Source of the DNA: a virus
Length of the DNA stretch: 64,000 nt
Direction: 5' to 3' (one strand)
IMG/VR virus record: IMGVR_UViG_3300005537_000022
Span: 34,383-98,382 of that record
The translations under genes and the position numbers were made by a program. Each line of letters starts with the position of its first letter. Position 1 is the stretch's first letter. Below are positions 45,932 through 55,384 of this stretch, one piece after another. A model generated the notes under the pieces. The model was not told the origin of the DNA and did no database searches. It saw only the letters and a program-made list of their open reading frames with translations.

Positions 45932-46279
45932 ATGGGACTGTGGTGCAGGCGGTGCAGGCTTCCGGCCAGGACGACGGCGATCGTCTTGGTGCCGCTTCCG
46001 AGTGAGGCGGTCCACGCGCTTACCGGGCGGAGGGAGTGCGCCGACGGCAGCGACATCCGCCCGTCCGCCGAGGACCCTGTCCTGCGCGACGAGGCGGACG
46101 AGATCGAGCGGGAGTTCCCGGAATACGCCGTGTCAGTAAGCGCCGGGTTCTTCCGCGCCGACCCGCTGAACGTGCCCCTGGGGCACTTCGCGGTCCACTA
46201 CGAGGCTGATTCCGGCGGGGAGCTGCGCCGCAAGCTCGCGCAGGCCGCCGGCCGCGCCCTCGCGGAGGCCGCCCGGTGA
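45932..46279 (+). CDS. Hypothetical protein
   Basis: GGAGG RBS; C..C near N-terminus. Confidence 0.5.
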   Translation: MGLWCRRCRLPARTTAIVLVPLPSEAVHALTGRRECADGSDIRPSAEDPVLRDEADEIEREFPEYAVSVSAGFFRADPLNVPLGHFAVHYEADSGGELRRKLAQAAGRALAEAAR

Positions 46280-46506
46280 ACGCCCCGCAGTCCCGCGCAG
46301 ACCTGATCCGGGAACTCGAGCGGGAATTCCCCGCCTGGCACGTGTGGATGTCCAGCGCCGGCCGTCCGTGGGCCGTCCAGAGGGGCCCGCGCCCCCGGCC
46401 CCGGATCGTGAACCGCACGGAAATCCCCGTCACGTTCGACACCGACGACTTCAGCCAGATGCGGGCGCAGCTCCGGGAGTACGCCGATCTCACCGGGGAA
46501 GGCTGA
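46276..46506 (+). CDS. Hypothetical protein
   Basis: LEREFPAWHVW.S..GR.WA motif; coupled. Confidence 0.6.
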   Translation: MNAPQSRADLIRELEREFPAWHVWMSSAGRPWAVQRGPRPRPRIVNRTEIPVTFDTDDFSQMRAQLREYADLTGEG

Positions 46507-46724
46507 TGCCGCCGTCCCCCGGGGACCCGCTGACCCCCCGCGAGGCCGAAGTCGCCAGGCTCGCCGCCCAGGGCCTCCAGGCGAAGCAGATCGCGAGGCG
46601 CCTGCACATCGGCAAGCGCACCGTGAATTGCCACCTGGAGAAGATCCACGCCAAGGCCGGCGTCGGCAACCGGGTCGGCCTGCTGAACTGGCTGCTCGAA
46701 CGCCAGCAGGGTGCCGCCCCGTGA
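46506..46724 (+). CDS. LuxR-type HTH protein
   Basis: LTPREAEVARLAAQGL..KQIARRLHI..RTV..HL..I..K. Confidence 0.88.
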   Translation: MPPSPGDPLTPREAEVARLAAQGLQAKQIARRLHIGKRTVNCHLEKIHAKAGVGNRVGLLNWLLERQQGAAP

Positions 46725-47068
46725 GCCCGGGGCCGGCGGCGCCCCGCGTGATCCGGGTCGCCGCCGTCAAGGGCCCCGGGCGCCTGGCACGGCACCTGGG
46801 CGACGGGGCAGCTCAGTTCAGCGTCTGGGTCGTGCTCGATGGCGGCGGAAGCGCCCTGCTGACCCTCGACGGGACGGCGGCCGTCCTGCTCGTGGCGGAA
46901 ATCATGGACCCGCTGATGGAGGCTGCGCCCCTCCCCGCCACGGGAAGACGGGAAGCGCCCGCCGCGGTCAGGCAGGCCCGGCGGGAAGCCCTGGAAGCCG
47001 CGGGCAGGCTGCTCACCGCCATGGAGGAATCCGGCATGATCCCGCGGCGGAACGCGCCCGCCCCCTAG
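46721..47068 (+). CDS. Hypothetical protein
   Basis: GTGA-coupled. Confidence 0.45.
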   Translation: MSPGPAAPRVIRVAAVKGPGRLARHLGDGAAQFSVWVVLDGGGSALLTLDGTAAVLLVAEIMDPLMEAAPLPATGRREAPAAVRQARREALEAAGRLLTAMEESGMIPRRNAPAP

Positions 47069-47262
47069 ACCCGTTCCCGGCTGCGCTCCCGAGCGCCCAG
47101 GGCGGCCGGGAACGGCCAGACGGCACCCGGGGCGCCATCCCCGCCCCGGCGTCCCGGGTGCTTCCCCGCACGGCAGGAGGCGGCCGTGCGGGAGACGGAG
47201 GCCGCCGCGCACGGAGGGGCGCGCGCGGCGCCCCCGACCACTGGACCAGGCAGGAGAACCCC

Positions 47263-47410
47263 CATGGCCGAGGCCGAGCACGTGCACAAATTCCGCGCCT
47301 GGTGCCTTGACTGCGGCACCATCGCCGCCGACTGCCCTAAGCGGCGCGGCCCGCCGGAAGACCAGCACCAGCTATGCCAGTTTTGCGAATGCGGAGAGAC
47401 AGTCTACTGA
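47263..47410 (+). CDS. Small Cys/His-rich protein
   Basis: AGGAG RBS; C.DC...CQFCEC; start approximate. Confidence 0.5.
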
Positions 47411-47432
47411 GCCGGGAGACGAGGAGACCACT

Positions 47433-47672
47433 ATGGGACTGTTCGGCAAGGGCGGCAAGGACAAGGACGGGGAACCGGGAGTGCCCTTGCCCGACGAGGT
47501 CAGGAAGGCCGGGCGCAACGTCCTGAACGCGTCGATGGCCGCGTACACGGCGGCCGTGAAGAGAGGCGACGGCCAGGCCGCGGCGGCCGAGCTCGACGCC
47601 CTGGAGACGCTCGGGCTGATCGGGCGCGACGAGAACGGGGTGATCCAGGTAAGCCCGGACGTGGCGCCCTAG
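47433..47672 (+). CDS. Hypothetical protein
   Basis: GAGGAG RBS; MGLFGKGGK. Confidence 0.55.
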   Translation: MGLFGKGGKDKDGEPGVPLPDEVRKAGRNVLNASMAAYTAAVKRGDGQAAAAELDALETLGLIGRDENGVIQVSPDVAP

Positions 47673-47923
47673 CCGTCTTGCGGAGGCGAGGCGAAGGTGC
47701 CGAGCCGGGCCCTGGTGTAGACCAGGCCCCGTTCGCGCAGCACGCCGATCGCGGCGCTGACGGTGTGCTTCGATACTCCGGCCTCGGCCGCCATCCGGTC
47801 CTGCGACGGGAGCCGGGAGCCGGGCGGGAACTCGCCGGAGGCGATGGCGGCGGCGATCGCGCGGGCGACCTGCTCGTGCTGCCACAGGTCCGACCCTGGC
47901 GTGATCCCGCTCCAGTCCGGCAT
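47669..47923 (-). CDS. GntR-family winged-helix protein
   Basis: IASGEFPPGSRLPS...GVS..TV..A...L...GLV....LGTF. Confidence 0.85.
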   Translation of the reverse strand: MPDWSGITPGSDLWQHEQVARAIAAAIASGEFPPGSRLPSQDRMAAEAGVSKHTVSAAIGVLRERGLVYTRARLGTFASPPQDG

Positions 47924-48042
47924 CCCGGGAGCGTTGCACCAGGGGAGCGCCGGATCGTGGTGCAGGCTGGTGCAGTTTTATTACCTGCCGGTCATAGCGG
48001 TCTTACCGCCTCCGGGTGCAACGTTGGATGCGAGGAGGGGTG

Positions 48043-48825
48043 ATGGACGGGAACGGCGACAGGGCGGCGTGGGTGCGGGCGGCGCTTCAGGGGTCGCTCC
48101 TGGCCCCGGCTGCCGACCGGGAGGCGGCTGCCGGGCTGGACCGGCTCTGGCCCGGGACCGGGGACCTGATCGCGCAGGCGCACGGCTTCCACCGGCGGGC
48201 CGCGGCGTGGGGGGTGCGGGACAAGCCGGGCGTCCCGGCGGCGAGGGCGGTGATCTTCTCCGCATGCGGCCTGCCGCCGCGTGACGGGCCGCTTCACGCC
48301 CAGGCGGCGGCGGAGGCCCCGCAGGCGCTGTTCGGCTACTGCGACCCTGACGCGGAGGCGACCGTGGTCAACAGGAGCCTGCTCGCGCTCCCGGACCCGG
48401 GCCGCGTCTCGGCGCGGACCGCCGACCCCGCCGACCCCGCCGGGGTGCTCGGCGACGTGATGGCATGGCGGGAGATCCGGGCGGGGCGGCCGGTCCAGGT
48501 CCACGCGGTCCTCGTGCCGCAGCGGTGGCCCGGGGACCTGCTGCGGCGCGTGCTCGCCGGGTACGCGCAGATCCTGCCTCCCGGTTCGTCGGTCGCCCTG
48601 TCGGCGATCCAGTACGCGGACGGCGGCTACCTCGCGGCGTGCGAGGCCGTGACCGGGGCGCGGATCTGGTCGCACGACCCGGCGGACGTGGCCCGGACGG
48701 TCGCGCAGGCCGGGCTGCGGCTGCACCCGTGGGGGGTGCGGGACGCGGCCCAGTGGGGCAGGCCCGCCCCGGGCGGCGACCGCCGTCCGGCCCGGGCCAT
48801 CTGCGCCGTGTGCACCGCCGCCTAG
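48043..48825 (+). CDS. Actinomycete SAM-dependent methyltransferase-like protein (DUF574-type), degenerate motif I
   Basis: ADREAA, GLP, Y.D.D, AD..DP..VL, LPPGS.VALS patterns. Confidence 0.6.
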   Translation: MDGNGDRAAWVRAALQGSLLAPAADREAAAGLDRLWPGTGDLIAQAHGFHRRAAAWGVRDKPGVPAARAVIFSACGLPPRDGPLHAQAAAEAPQALFGYCDPDAEATVVNRSLLALPDPGRVSARTADPADPAGVLGDVMAWREIRAGRPVQVHAVLVPQRWPGDLLRRVLAGYAQILPPGSSVALSAIQYADGGYLAACEAVTGARIWSHDPADVARTVAQAGLRLHPWGVRDAAQWGRPAPGGDRRPARAICAVCTAA

Positions 48826-49115
48826 CCGGCGCGCCGGCCGGGTAAGACGGCGCGCAGGTGCCCGCGGCCCCTGCGGGCTCCCGCCTCGATCGCCGCCCGC
48901 TCGTCGGCGCGGCCCTGCCGGTAGGAGACCGCGAGCAGGCCCGCGGTCACCTCCAGCGCCGCGAGGACGTCCCGCTGCTCCATGAGCCCCTTGTAGATCA
49001 GGCCCGCCTCGGGGGTGGCGGGCCTCGTGGCCGCCTCGTACGCCGCCCTGACGATGACCAGTGCCGCCGAGATGATGCCCAGCGCGGTTTCCGGGCTCGC
49101 CGCTACCGATTCCAT
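48822..49115 (-). CDS. Hypothetical protein
   Basis: Downstream of repressor, same strand. Confidence 0.45.
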   Translation of the reverse strand: MESVAASPETALGIISAALVIVRAAYEAATRPATPEAGLIYKGLMEQRDVLAALEVTAGLLAVSYRQGRADERAAIEAGARRGRGHLRAVLPGRRAG

Positions 49116-49312
49116 GCTGACGCTCACGCCTGTGTCCCTCTCCCCTCGGCAGGACCGCCCCCGTGCGGTTCCCCCCTGCCGTCCCTCCCTGCGCACGTGC
49201 CCTGCATGCGATTGCAGGCCCGTGCGATTGCAGCCGAAACCGGCTTTACCGAGCGTAATTCGCTGATCGCGCCGAAGATCACAAGGTGATCAATCCGTTA
49301 CAGGAGGGAATG

Positions 49313-49777
49313 TCAGCCTGCCGCGTCGGCGCGGCGCCGGTCGTTGATCTCCAGCAGCGACTGGAGCATGTCCCGCCGCACCCCCCACGGGACCAGGCCG
49401 CCGCCAGGGGAAGGCAGGTCCATGATCGTGCGGGCCACCGTCTCCTCGTCGCCCTCAAGGGACAGCGGCAGCGGCGAAGGGGCGGCCGGGAGCGCTTCCG
49501 CCCGCAGCGCGGGCACCGGCTCCCGGCCCTCGAGGATGGCCTCGAACGAGCCGGGCGCGTACCCGTACAGGGACTCGAGGGCGGTGATCGTCGCGGCCGG
49601 GTAAGAGGTGCGCTCGCCGCGCTCGAGCCTGGCGATCATCTTGAGCGACGGCGGGGGGCCGCCCCGGTCGCGGAGGAAGTTCTCGCGCTGGCGGAAGCCG
49701 TAGCCTAGCTGGCCCCGGCGGCGCTCAAGTTCCCTGCCGAGCCGTTTCCACGCTTCGGGCGGGTACGCCTTGTCCAT
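49313..49777 (-). CDS. Immunity repressor (XRE HTH)
   Basis: WKRLG..L..RR..LG...IARLERGER...TITALE...G..PGS; divergent from cro-like gene. Confidence 0.8.
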   Translation of the reverse strand: MDKAYPPEAWKRLGRELERRRGQLGYGFRQRENFLRDRGGPPPSLKMIARLERGERTSYPAATITALESLYGYAPGSFEAILEGREPVPALRAEALPAAPSPLPLSLEGDEETVARTIMDLPSPGGGLVPWGVRRDMLQSLLEINDRRRADAAG

Positions 49778-49859
49778 CAATGTCCCGTCTGCAAGCGCTC
49801 CGGCGTCAATACTCACGGATGCGAACAGGGTCCGTCAACTCGTTCCCGATGCACGTTAC

Positions 49860-49995
49860 CACCAATATCCGTGGCTGCATCGTGCCTGGCAGAAGTACGT
49901 AAAGACATTGGCAGATATTGGCACCGGGGCAGCTGTGTCCCGCTGTGGCGCTCCGGACTTGCCAATAAGTGCCGATCGGGTCTACGGTGTCCCTC
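49860..49995. promoter_or_regulatory. Genetic switch: early promoter and operators
   Basis: TTGCCA-18-TACGGT-7-ATG; recurring CCAATA/TATTGGC motifs in an AT-richer interval. Confidence 0.65.
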
Positions 49996-50307
49996 ATGGA
50001 AGAGACACCGAAGGACACAGAGTCCCGCCGGGTCACCCGCCGCGGTGCCCTGCCGCGCCAGAACGGCCCCGCGATCCGGGCGCTCCGCGAGAAAGACGGT
50101 TACAAGCAGCGCGGCTTCGCCAGGCTCGTCGGCCTCAGCCAGGGCGGCCTCTCGGCCATCGAGGCAGAGAAGGACAACGCCGAGGTCGCCACCCTCAACC
50201 GGATCGCCCGCCAGCTCCGCGTGCCCGCGGCTGCGATCATGCGCGACTCCCGGGACGAGGAGCTGCCCGCGACCGCCGCGCCGGCGGCGGAAGGGGCGGC
50301 GGCATGA
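49996..50307 (+). CDS. Cro-like XRE protein
   Basis: NGPAIRALREK.G..Q..FA..VGLSQ..LS.IE. Confidence 0.85.
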   Translation: MEETPKDTESRRVTRRGALPRQNGPAIRALREKDGYKQRGFARLVGLSQGGLSAIEAEKDNAEVATLNRIARQLRVPAAAIMRDSRDEELPATAAPAAEGAAA

Positions 50308-50768
50308 AGACCCCGGACTGGTACCGCGAGGCGGTCGCCGCCCACGGGGAGCGGATCGCCGCCGGGGCCGAGGAGCCCGGCGACGCCGCCGAGGCAATCG
50401 GCGCCCTCCTCAAAGAGCACCCCGAGTTCCTCGAGGACATCGCCGCCAGGGACATCACCAAGTGGACCGACAAGCACGCCCGCCCCGGGTACCTCCAGTC
50501 GGCGCTGTTCCCCGCCATCCCCTCCGTCCTGGCCGTCGCCGTCGGCCAGAAGGCCAGGGTCGCGGACATGACCGGCGCCGACCTCGACAAGGCCCGCCGC
50601 ATGCTCCTGACCCGCACCCGGAACGCCGAAGGCGCCGCCCGCCGCCAGCGGAAGGCGTTCCTTCGCTTCTACGGCGAGATCCGGCCCGTCCTCGACGAGA
50701 ACCCCGGCATGACGGTCGCCGAGGCGATCGACGAACTCCACGGCCGCCGCAAGGAAAAGGCCGCCTGA
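50304..50768 (+). CDS. Hypothetical protein
   Basis: ATGA-coupled to cro. Confidence 0.65.
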   Translation: MKTPDWYREAVAAHGERIAAGAEEPGDAAEAIGALLKEHPEFLEDIAARDITKWTDKHARPGYLQSALFPAIPSVLAVAVGQKARVADMTGADLDKARRMLLTRTRNAEGAARRQRKAFLRFYGEIRPVLDENPGMTVAEAIDELHGRRKEKAA

Positions 50769-50853
50769 AAGAAGAAGGCCCGGCGAGCGACCGCCGGGCC
50801 AAGGAGTCGGAGACGACTCGAAACCGATGGTAACCGAGAAGGAGACGACTTAG

Positions 50854-51552
50854 GTGACAATCACCGACGGGACGGCAGGACCCGAGAACCCCGGCACGGC
50901 CGCGGAAACGTTCGCGAGAACCGGCACCGACCCCCTGGACCTGCCCGTCCGCATGCCCCAGCCGACGTTCACGCCCCGCCACGAGCCGCCGCTCGGCAAG
51001 AAAGAGCTCGGGGTGGTCGCGGACAGGATCAGGAACCTGCCCGGCGGCCCTGACGCCGGGCCCTCCTACCGGAGCATCGGCGAGATGCTGGACGCCCAGC
51101 GGCTGGCGCCCGGCCGTCCCCCGCTTCCCGTCCGCGTCCCGGGGGCCGAGTGGGACGCGATCACCGCGGCGTGGCCCGTGCTGGAGGAGGCGGTGCCCGC
51201 GGGCCCGCGGACGGGACGGCATGCCGCCCCCGCTCCAGCTCCCGCCCCCGGGCCCGTCCCTGTTCCCGAGCCGTCCCCGGACGGGACGTGGCTGAGGGAC
51301 TTCCTCGCCGACGCCCTCCAGGACGCCGCCGACGGAGCCGTGCGGCTGCTATCCGTGCGGTGCCAGTGCCGCGAGCCGCACGACGGCTGGTGCCCCAGGC
51401 AGCGCGCCGGGCTCGACCGCACCGACCTGTACGCCCGGCTCGCCGGGCTGCTCAAGACCGCCCCCGGGGACCGCGCCGCGATCACGGCGCTGCTCGCCGA
51501 GGAATGGCGCGAAGACGACGCCGCTGCGGACGGGAACGGGGGCGCACGGTGA
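50854..51552 (+). CDS. Hypothetical protein
   Basis: AAGGAG RBS. Confidence 0.55.
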   Translation: MTITDGTAGPENPGTAAETFARTGTDPLDLPVRMPQPTFTPRHEPPLGKKELGVVADRIRNLPGGPDAGPSYRSIGEMLDAQRLAPGRPPLPVRVPGAEWDAITAAWPVLEEAVPAGPRTGRHAAPAPAPAPGPVPVPEPSPDGTWLRDFLADALQDAADGAVRLLSVRCQCREPHDGWCPRQRAGLDRTDLYARLAGLLKTAPGDRAAITALLAEEWREDDAAADGNGGAR

Positions 51553-52592
51553 GCGGGCGCAAGGTCACGCCCACCGGCATCCTTGCCGCGCCGTCGGACA
51601 TCCCCGAGCGCGAGTGGCTTGAGATGCGGCGCACCGGCATCGGCGGCAGCGACATCGCCGCCCTGGTCGGCCTCAGCAGGTACACGTCCCCGTTCCAGCT
51701 CTACCTGGACAAGCGCGGCGAGCTTCCCGACCTTCCCCGCTCCGAGGCGCTGGAGCGGGCCGCCGAATGGGGCCACATGATGGAACCGCTGATGGCGCAG
51801 CGGTTCTCGGACCTTCACGGCGTGAAGGTCCGCCGCGTCGGCCTGATCCGCCACGAGGCGGACCCGTGGCGGCTGGTGAACCTTGACCGGCAGGTCGCGG
51901 GCTGCGATGACGGCCCGTGCCTCCTGGAGATCAAGAACCGCTCGGCATGGAAGGCCGGGGAATGGGGCGAGTCCGGCGACCCGGCCGGCGTCCCGGACAG
52001 CGAGGCGCTCCAGGCCCACTGGGGCATGGGCGTGACCGGCTACCGGCACTCGCACCTCAGCGTCCTGATCAACGGGAACGACGACCGCCACTACCGGATC
52101 GATTACGACCCCGGCATCGCCGGGGACGTGACCGCGATGGCCCGCTCGTTCTGGCAGCGGGTGCAGGACGGGAACCCGCCCCCGGTCGACGGCTCCGACG
52201 CCGTGACCGAACTGCTGTCCGTGCTGTGGACCGGGCGCGAGAAGGCCGAAAAGATCATCGACCCCGCCGAGGCCGGCCCCCTCAAGGCCGAGCTCAGGCG
52301 CCTCCAGGCGCAGGCGGCCGAGACCGAGGCGCAGATCGCCGAAATCAAGAACCGGATGGCGTTCATGCTCGGCGACGCCGAGGAAGCCGTCTGGGACGGC
52401 GAGACCCTGTTCACCCGCCGGCAGAACGGCGCGTTCTCCGCCAAGCGGTTCGAGGCCGACCACCCGGATCTCGCCGCCAAGTACACGCACCTGGTCCCCG
52501 CGATCGACGCCAAGGCCCTCGCGGCCGACCAGCCAGAGCTTTACCGCGCCTACCGCGCGCGGGTCCTGCGCATTCCAGGGGGAACGAAATGA
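51549..52592 (+). CDS. YqaJ/RecE-like exonuclease
   Basis: WL..RR.GIGGSD, WGH..EP, NLD, LEIK, Q.HW.M.VTG. Confidence 0.93.
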   Translation: MSGRKVTPTGILAAPSDIPEREWLEMRRTGIGGSDIAALVGLSRYTSPFQLYLDKRGELPDLPRSEALERAAEWGHMMEPLMAQRFSDLHGVKVRRVGLIRHEADPWRLVNLDRQVAGCDDGPCLLEIKNRSAWKAGEWGESGDPAGVPDSEALQAHWGMGVTGYRHSHLSVLINGNDDRHYRIDYDPGIAGDVTAMARSFWQRVQDGNPPPVDGSDAVTELLSVLWTGREKAEKIIDPAEAGPLKAELRRLQAQAAETEAQIAEIKNRMAFMLGDAEEAVWDGETLFTRRQNGAFSAKRFEADHPDLAAKYTHLVPAIDAKALAADQPELYRAYRARVLRIPGGTK

Positions 52593-53467
52593 CCGAGCAG
52601 GCTAACGGAAGCACCCTGAGAGACCGGGTGCGCAGCCAGCGGGAGCAGTCCGAGCAGCCGGACGGCAGCGAGGTCGACAAGCGCCGCGAGCCGCCGAGGA
52701 CGATCGCGCAGTTCATCGAGCAGATGAAGGGCGAGATGGCGCGGGCGCTGCCGAAGCACCTGAACGCCGACCGGCTCGCCCGCATCGCCCTGACCGAGGT
52801 GCGCCGCACCCCCCGGCTCGCGCAGTGCACCCAGCCGTCATTCGGCGGCGCGCTGATGACCTGCGCCCAGCTCGGGCTTGAGCCCGGGGTCACCGGCGAG
52901 GCGTACCTGATCCCCCGCAAGAACGGCCGGCTCACCAAGGAAGCCGGGCGCGACGTCTACGAGGTGCAGCTCACGATCGGCTACCAGGGAATGGCGAAGC
53001 TGTTCTGGCAGTCGCCGCTCGCCAGGTCACTCGACGCCCAGGCTGTCCACGAGCGCGACGACTGCTTCGAGTTCGAGAACGGCCTCACCCCCGTGCTGCG
53101 GCACAAGCCGTCGCTGGGAGACCGGGGTGCCACCACCGCCTACTACTCGGTGGCGACCCTGACCAACGGCGGCTTCGCGTTCACCGTCCTGTCGCGCTCG
53201 GACGTGGAGAAGATCCGCATCCGGTCCAAGGCCGGAACCGGGGACCAGGACAGCCCCTGGAAGACCGACTACGACGAGATGGCCAAGAAAACCTGCCTGC
53301 GCCGGATGTTCAAGCTCCTGCCGAAGTCACCCGAACTGGCCCGCGCGCTGAGCCAGGACGAGGGCATCCGGACCGACTGGGCCGAGGATGCGATCGACAT
53401 CCAGCCCGAGTACCCGGACGCGGTGCCCGGCGAGGTCGAGAACGACGAATACGGCGACGCGGGGTGA
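52589..53467 (+). CDS. recT: RecT single-strand annealing recombinase
   Basis: ALPKHL..DRL.RIAL, QLGLEP, GEAYLIP, IGYQG, PW.TDY.EMAKKT..RR..K.LP.S. Confidence 0.95.
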   Translation: MTEQANGSTLRDRVRSQREQSEQPDGSEVDKRREPPRTIAQFIEQMKGEMARALPKHLNADRLARIALTEVRRTPRLAQCTQPSFGGALMTCAQLGLEPGVTGEAYLIPRKNGRLTKEAGRDVYEVQLTIGYQGMAKLFWQSPLARSLDAQAVHERDDCFEFENGLTPVLRHKPSLGDRGATTAYYSVATLTNGGFAFTVLSRSDVEKIRIRSKAGTGDQDSPWKTDYDEMAKKTCLRRMFKLLPKSPELARALSQDEGIRTDWAEDAIDIQPEYPDAVPGEVENDEYGDAG

Positions 53468-53642
53468 AGCGCTCGCCGATGCCTGCGCGCCGCATCCCGC
53501 TGAAGGCCGGCGGGGCGGCGGCGGGGCGGGAACGGGTCCCGCCCCGCCGCGTCCCCCTGCGGGCGGCCCCGGGGAACGGCCCGTCCCCCGGGGCGCCGGA
53601 CGGGTCGCGGCACGCGGCCGGCCCCGGAGAGACGGTCGCGCC

Positions 53643-53936
53643 GTGAGGATCCAGCTCAGCCTCCTGCGGGGCACCGGCGCGGGCGCGTCGCAGCCGAACG
53701 GGCGCGGCGAGTGGAGGCCGTACGAGTGGGGCGGCAAGCCCGGATGGGACCCGGCGGCGCTGGGCCGTATGCCGTCCCCGTCGGAGGAGAAGCAGGCCCG
53801 GATGGCCGAGTTCGCCCGGCTGCGCGCCGAGGGCCTGACGATCGGGGAGGCCGCTAAGGCGGTCGGCGTCGGCGAGGATGCCGGCCGGGAGTACGAGCGG
53901 CACCTGAAGCAGGAACGGGAAAGGGGCGGGCGGTGA
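53643..53936 (+). CDS. HTH protein
   Basis: LRAEGLTIGEAAKAVGV. Confidence 0.65.
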   Translation: MRIQLSLLRGTGAGASQPNGRGEWRPYEWGGKPGWDPAALGRMPSPSEEKQARMAEFARLRAEGLTIGEAAKAVGVGEDAGREYERHLKQERERGGR

Positions 53937-54160
53937 GCGGGGACGGCCGGCAGGAGCCGCCGCTGACGGCACCGGAGCGCCCGCCGCTGACGGCCGGCGA
54001 GGTCGCGGCACTGTGGCGGGTCGACCCGAAGACGGTGGTCAGGTGGTCGAAGGCGGGAAAGATCTACTCGTTCCGGACGATCGGCGGCCACCGCCGTTTT
54101 CCCGCTGCCCAGTTTCCCGAGGGGCTCAGGAACGCCGCCCGCACGGACGGCCAGTCATGA
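53933..54160 (+). CDS. bldC: BldC-like MerR-type regulator
   Basis: LT.GEVAALWRVDPKTVVRWSKAGKI.S.RTIGGHRRF closely follows the BldC core. Confidence 0.8.
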   Translation: MSGDGRQEPPLTAPERPPLTAGEVAALWRVDPKTVVRWSKAGKIYSFRTIGGHRRFPAAQFPEGLRNAARTDGQS

Positions 54161-54951
54161 GCTACGCGGATGACCGCACCCGCCTTTTCGCGCCGTCCGG
54201 GCGCGTGGCCCACCTGCGCCCCCCGTTCGGGCTCGCGGACGTCCTGTGCGGCCGGCCGGAGCCGGAGGGCGGCTGGCTCGGCACCGGGAACCAGGCCGAG
54301 CATGACCGGGCTGCCGGGCTGCCGGCATGCAGGCGGTGCGGGCGGCGGGCGGCACTGGACGGCACGTCCGCCGAGCCCGTGACCGGGCTCGGTGACGCGG
54401 CGAAGACCCTGCTCCGCGAGCACGGGATCAGCACGGCCCTGTGGGCGCGGGCGAACTGGTACGTGGACGGCGGCTGGGGCGGGGACTCGTGCGGGTGCCC
54501 GGACGACCGCTGTATCGGCCATCACCACGATGCGGGCGGGGAATGCGGCTGCCTGCGGGCGCTGCTCGCCGACTTCACCGCGGGGAAGGGCACGGGCGGC
54601 ATGTTCGACCCCGCCGCCCTGCCGCCGGTGCGCAGGCCGTACGGCGGGTTCTACCGGCCGCGCAAGCTCACCGTCGTCGTCCTGGACGAGTACGGCGATG
54701 AGGAGGACGGCGGGATAGCCGTGTTCGGCACCCACAACGAGGACGTCGCCGGGCTCCTGGCCGACGAGGCCGCCGTGCGCCTTGAGGGGGCGGCCTGGCA
54801 TGCGGCGGACCCGGTGCGGGTGTGGTGGCGGGACGGGTACAGCGGCGGGCGCCGCTGCTGGGTGACCGACGAGCTCGCCGGCCGCGCCGGGGTGCTGTTC
54901 CGCCGCATCGAGGAGACGACAGGAGAGGCGGTGGGACATGGAACCGTTTGA
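54157..54951 (+). CDS. Hypothetical Cys-rich multidomain protein
   Basis: CGCPDDRCIGHHH...CGC. Confidence 0.6.
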   Translation: MSYADDRTRLFAPSGRVAHLRPPFGLADVLCGRPEPEGGWLGTGNQAEHDRAAGLPACRRCGRRAALDGTSAEPVTGLGDAAKTLLREHGISTALWARANWYVDGGWGGDSCGCPDDRCIGHHHDAGGECGCLRALLADFTAGKGTGGMFDPAALPPVRRPYGGFYRPRKLTVVVLDEYGDEEDGGIAVFGTHNEDVAGLLADEAAVRLEGAAWHAADPVRVWWRDGYSGGRRCWVTDELAGRAGVLFRRIEETTGEAVGHGTV

Positions 54952-55384
54952 GATCACCGACCATGACGGGGCGCGCGTCGGGGTGCGCGAATGCGGCCAG
55001 GACGAGCACGGCTACCTGTACGCGGAGGACGAGCACGGGACCGCCGTCTCGGTATGCGTCAGGCTGCCGGAGATCGGCGCCCTCGCCGCGGAGCTGTACC
55101 GGGCGTGCGGGAAAACGCCGCCGGCGATGCCCGGCCGCCCGGACCCCGGCTGCCGGCCCGCGGACAGCGTCAACGCCCGGTTCGCCGCGAGCATGCGCCT
55201 CCTGCGGCAGGAGCAGCAGGTGAGCCCGGCGCAGCTCGCGAAATCCGCGGGCGTCGCGAAGGACACCGTCCTCAAGCTGGAACGCGGCACGAACGGCGTC
55301 TCGCTGCGCGTCGCCGACTCGATCGCGACGGCGCTCGGAACCACGGTAGGCGCGATGACGGACGCCGGGGTGCGCTGTGGCTGA
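54938..55384 (+). CDS. XRE HTH protein
   Basis: QLAKSAGVAKDTVLKLERG. Confidence 0.75.
   Translation: MEPFEITDHDGARVGVRECGQDEHGYLYAEDEHGTAVSVCVRLPEIGALAAELYRACGKTPPAMPGRPDPGCRPADSVNARFAASMRLLRQEQQVSPAQLAKSAGVAKDTVLKLERGTNGVSLRVADSIATALGTTVGAMTDAGVRCG

Noticed and set aside
48800-49320. Integrase/attP next to the repressor
   Set aside because: No tyrosine or serine recombinase motif was recognised here or elsewhere in the window; one could lie outside it.
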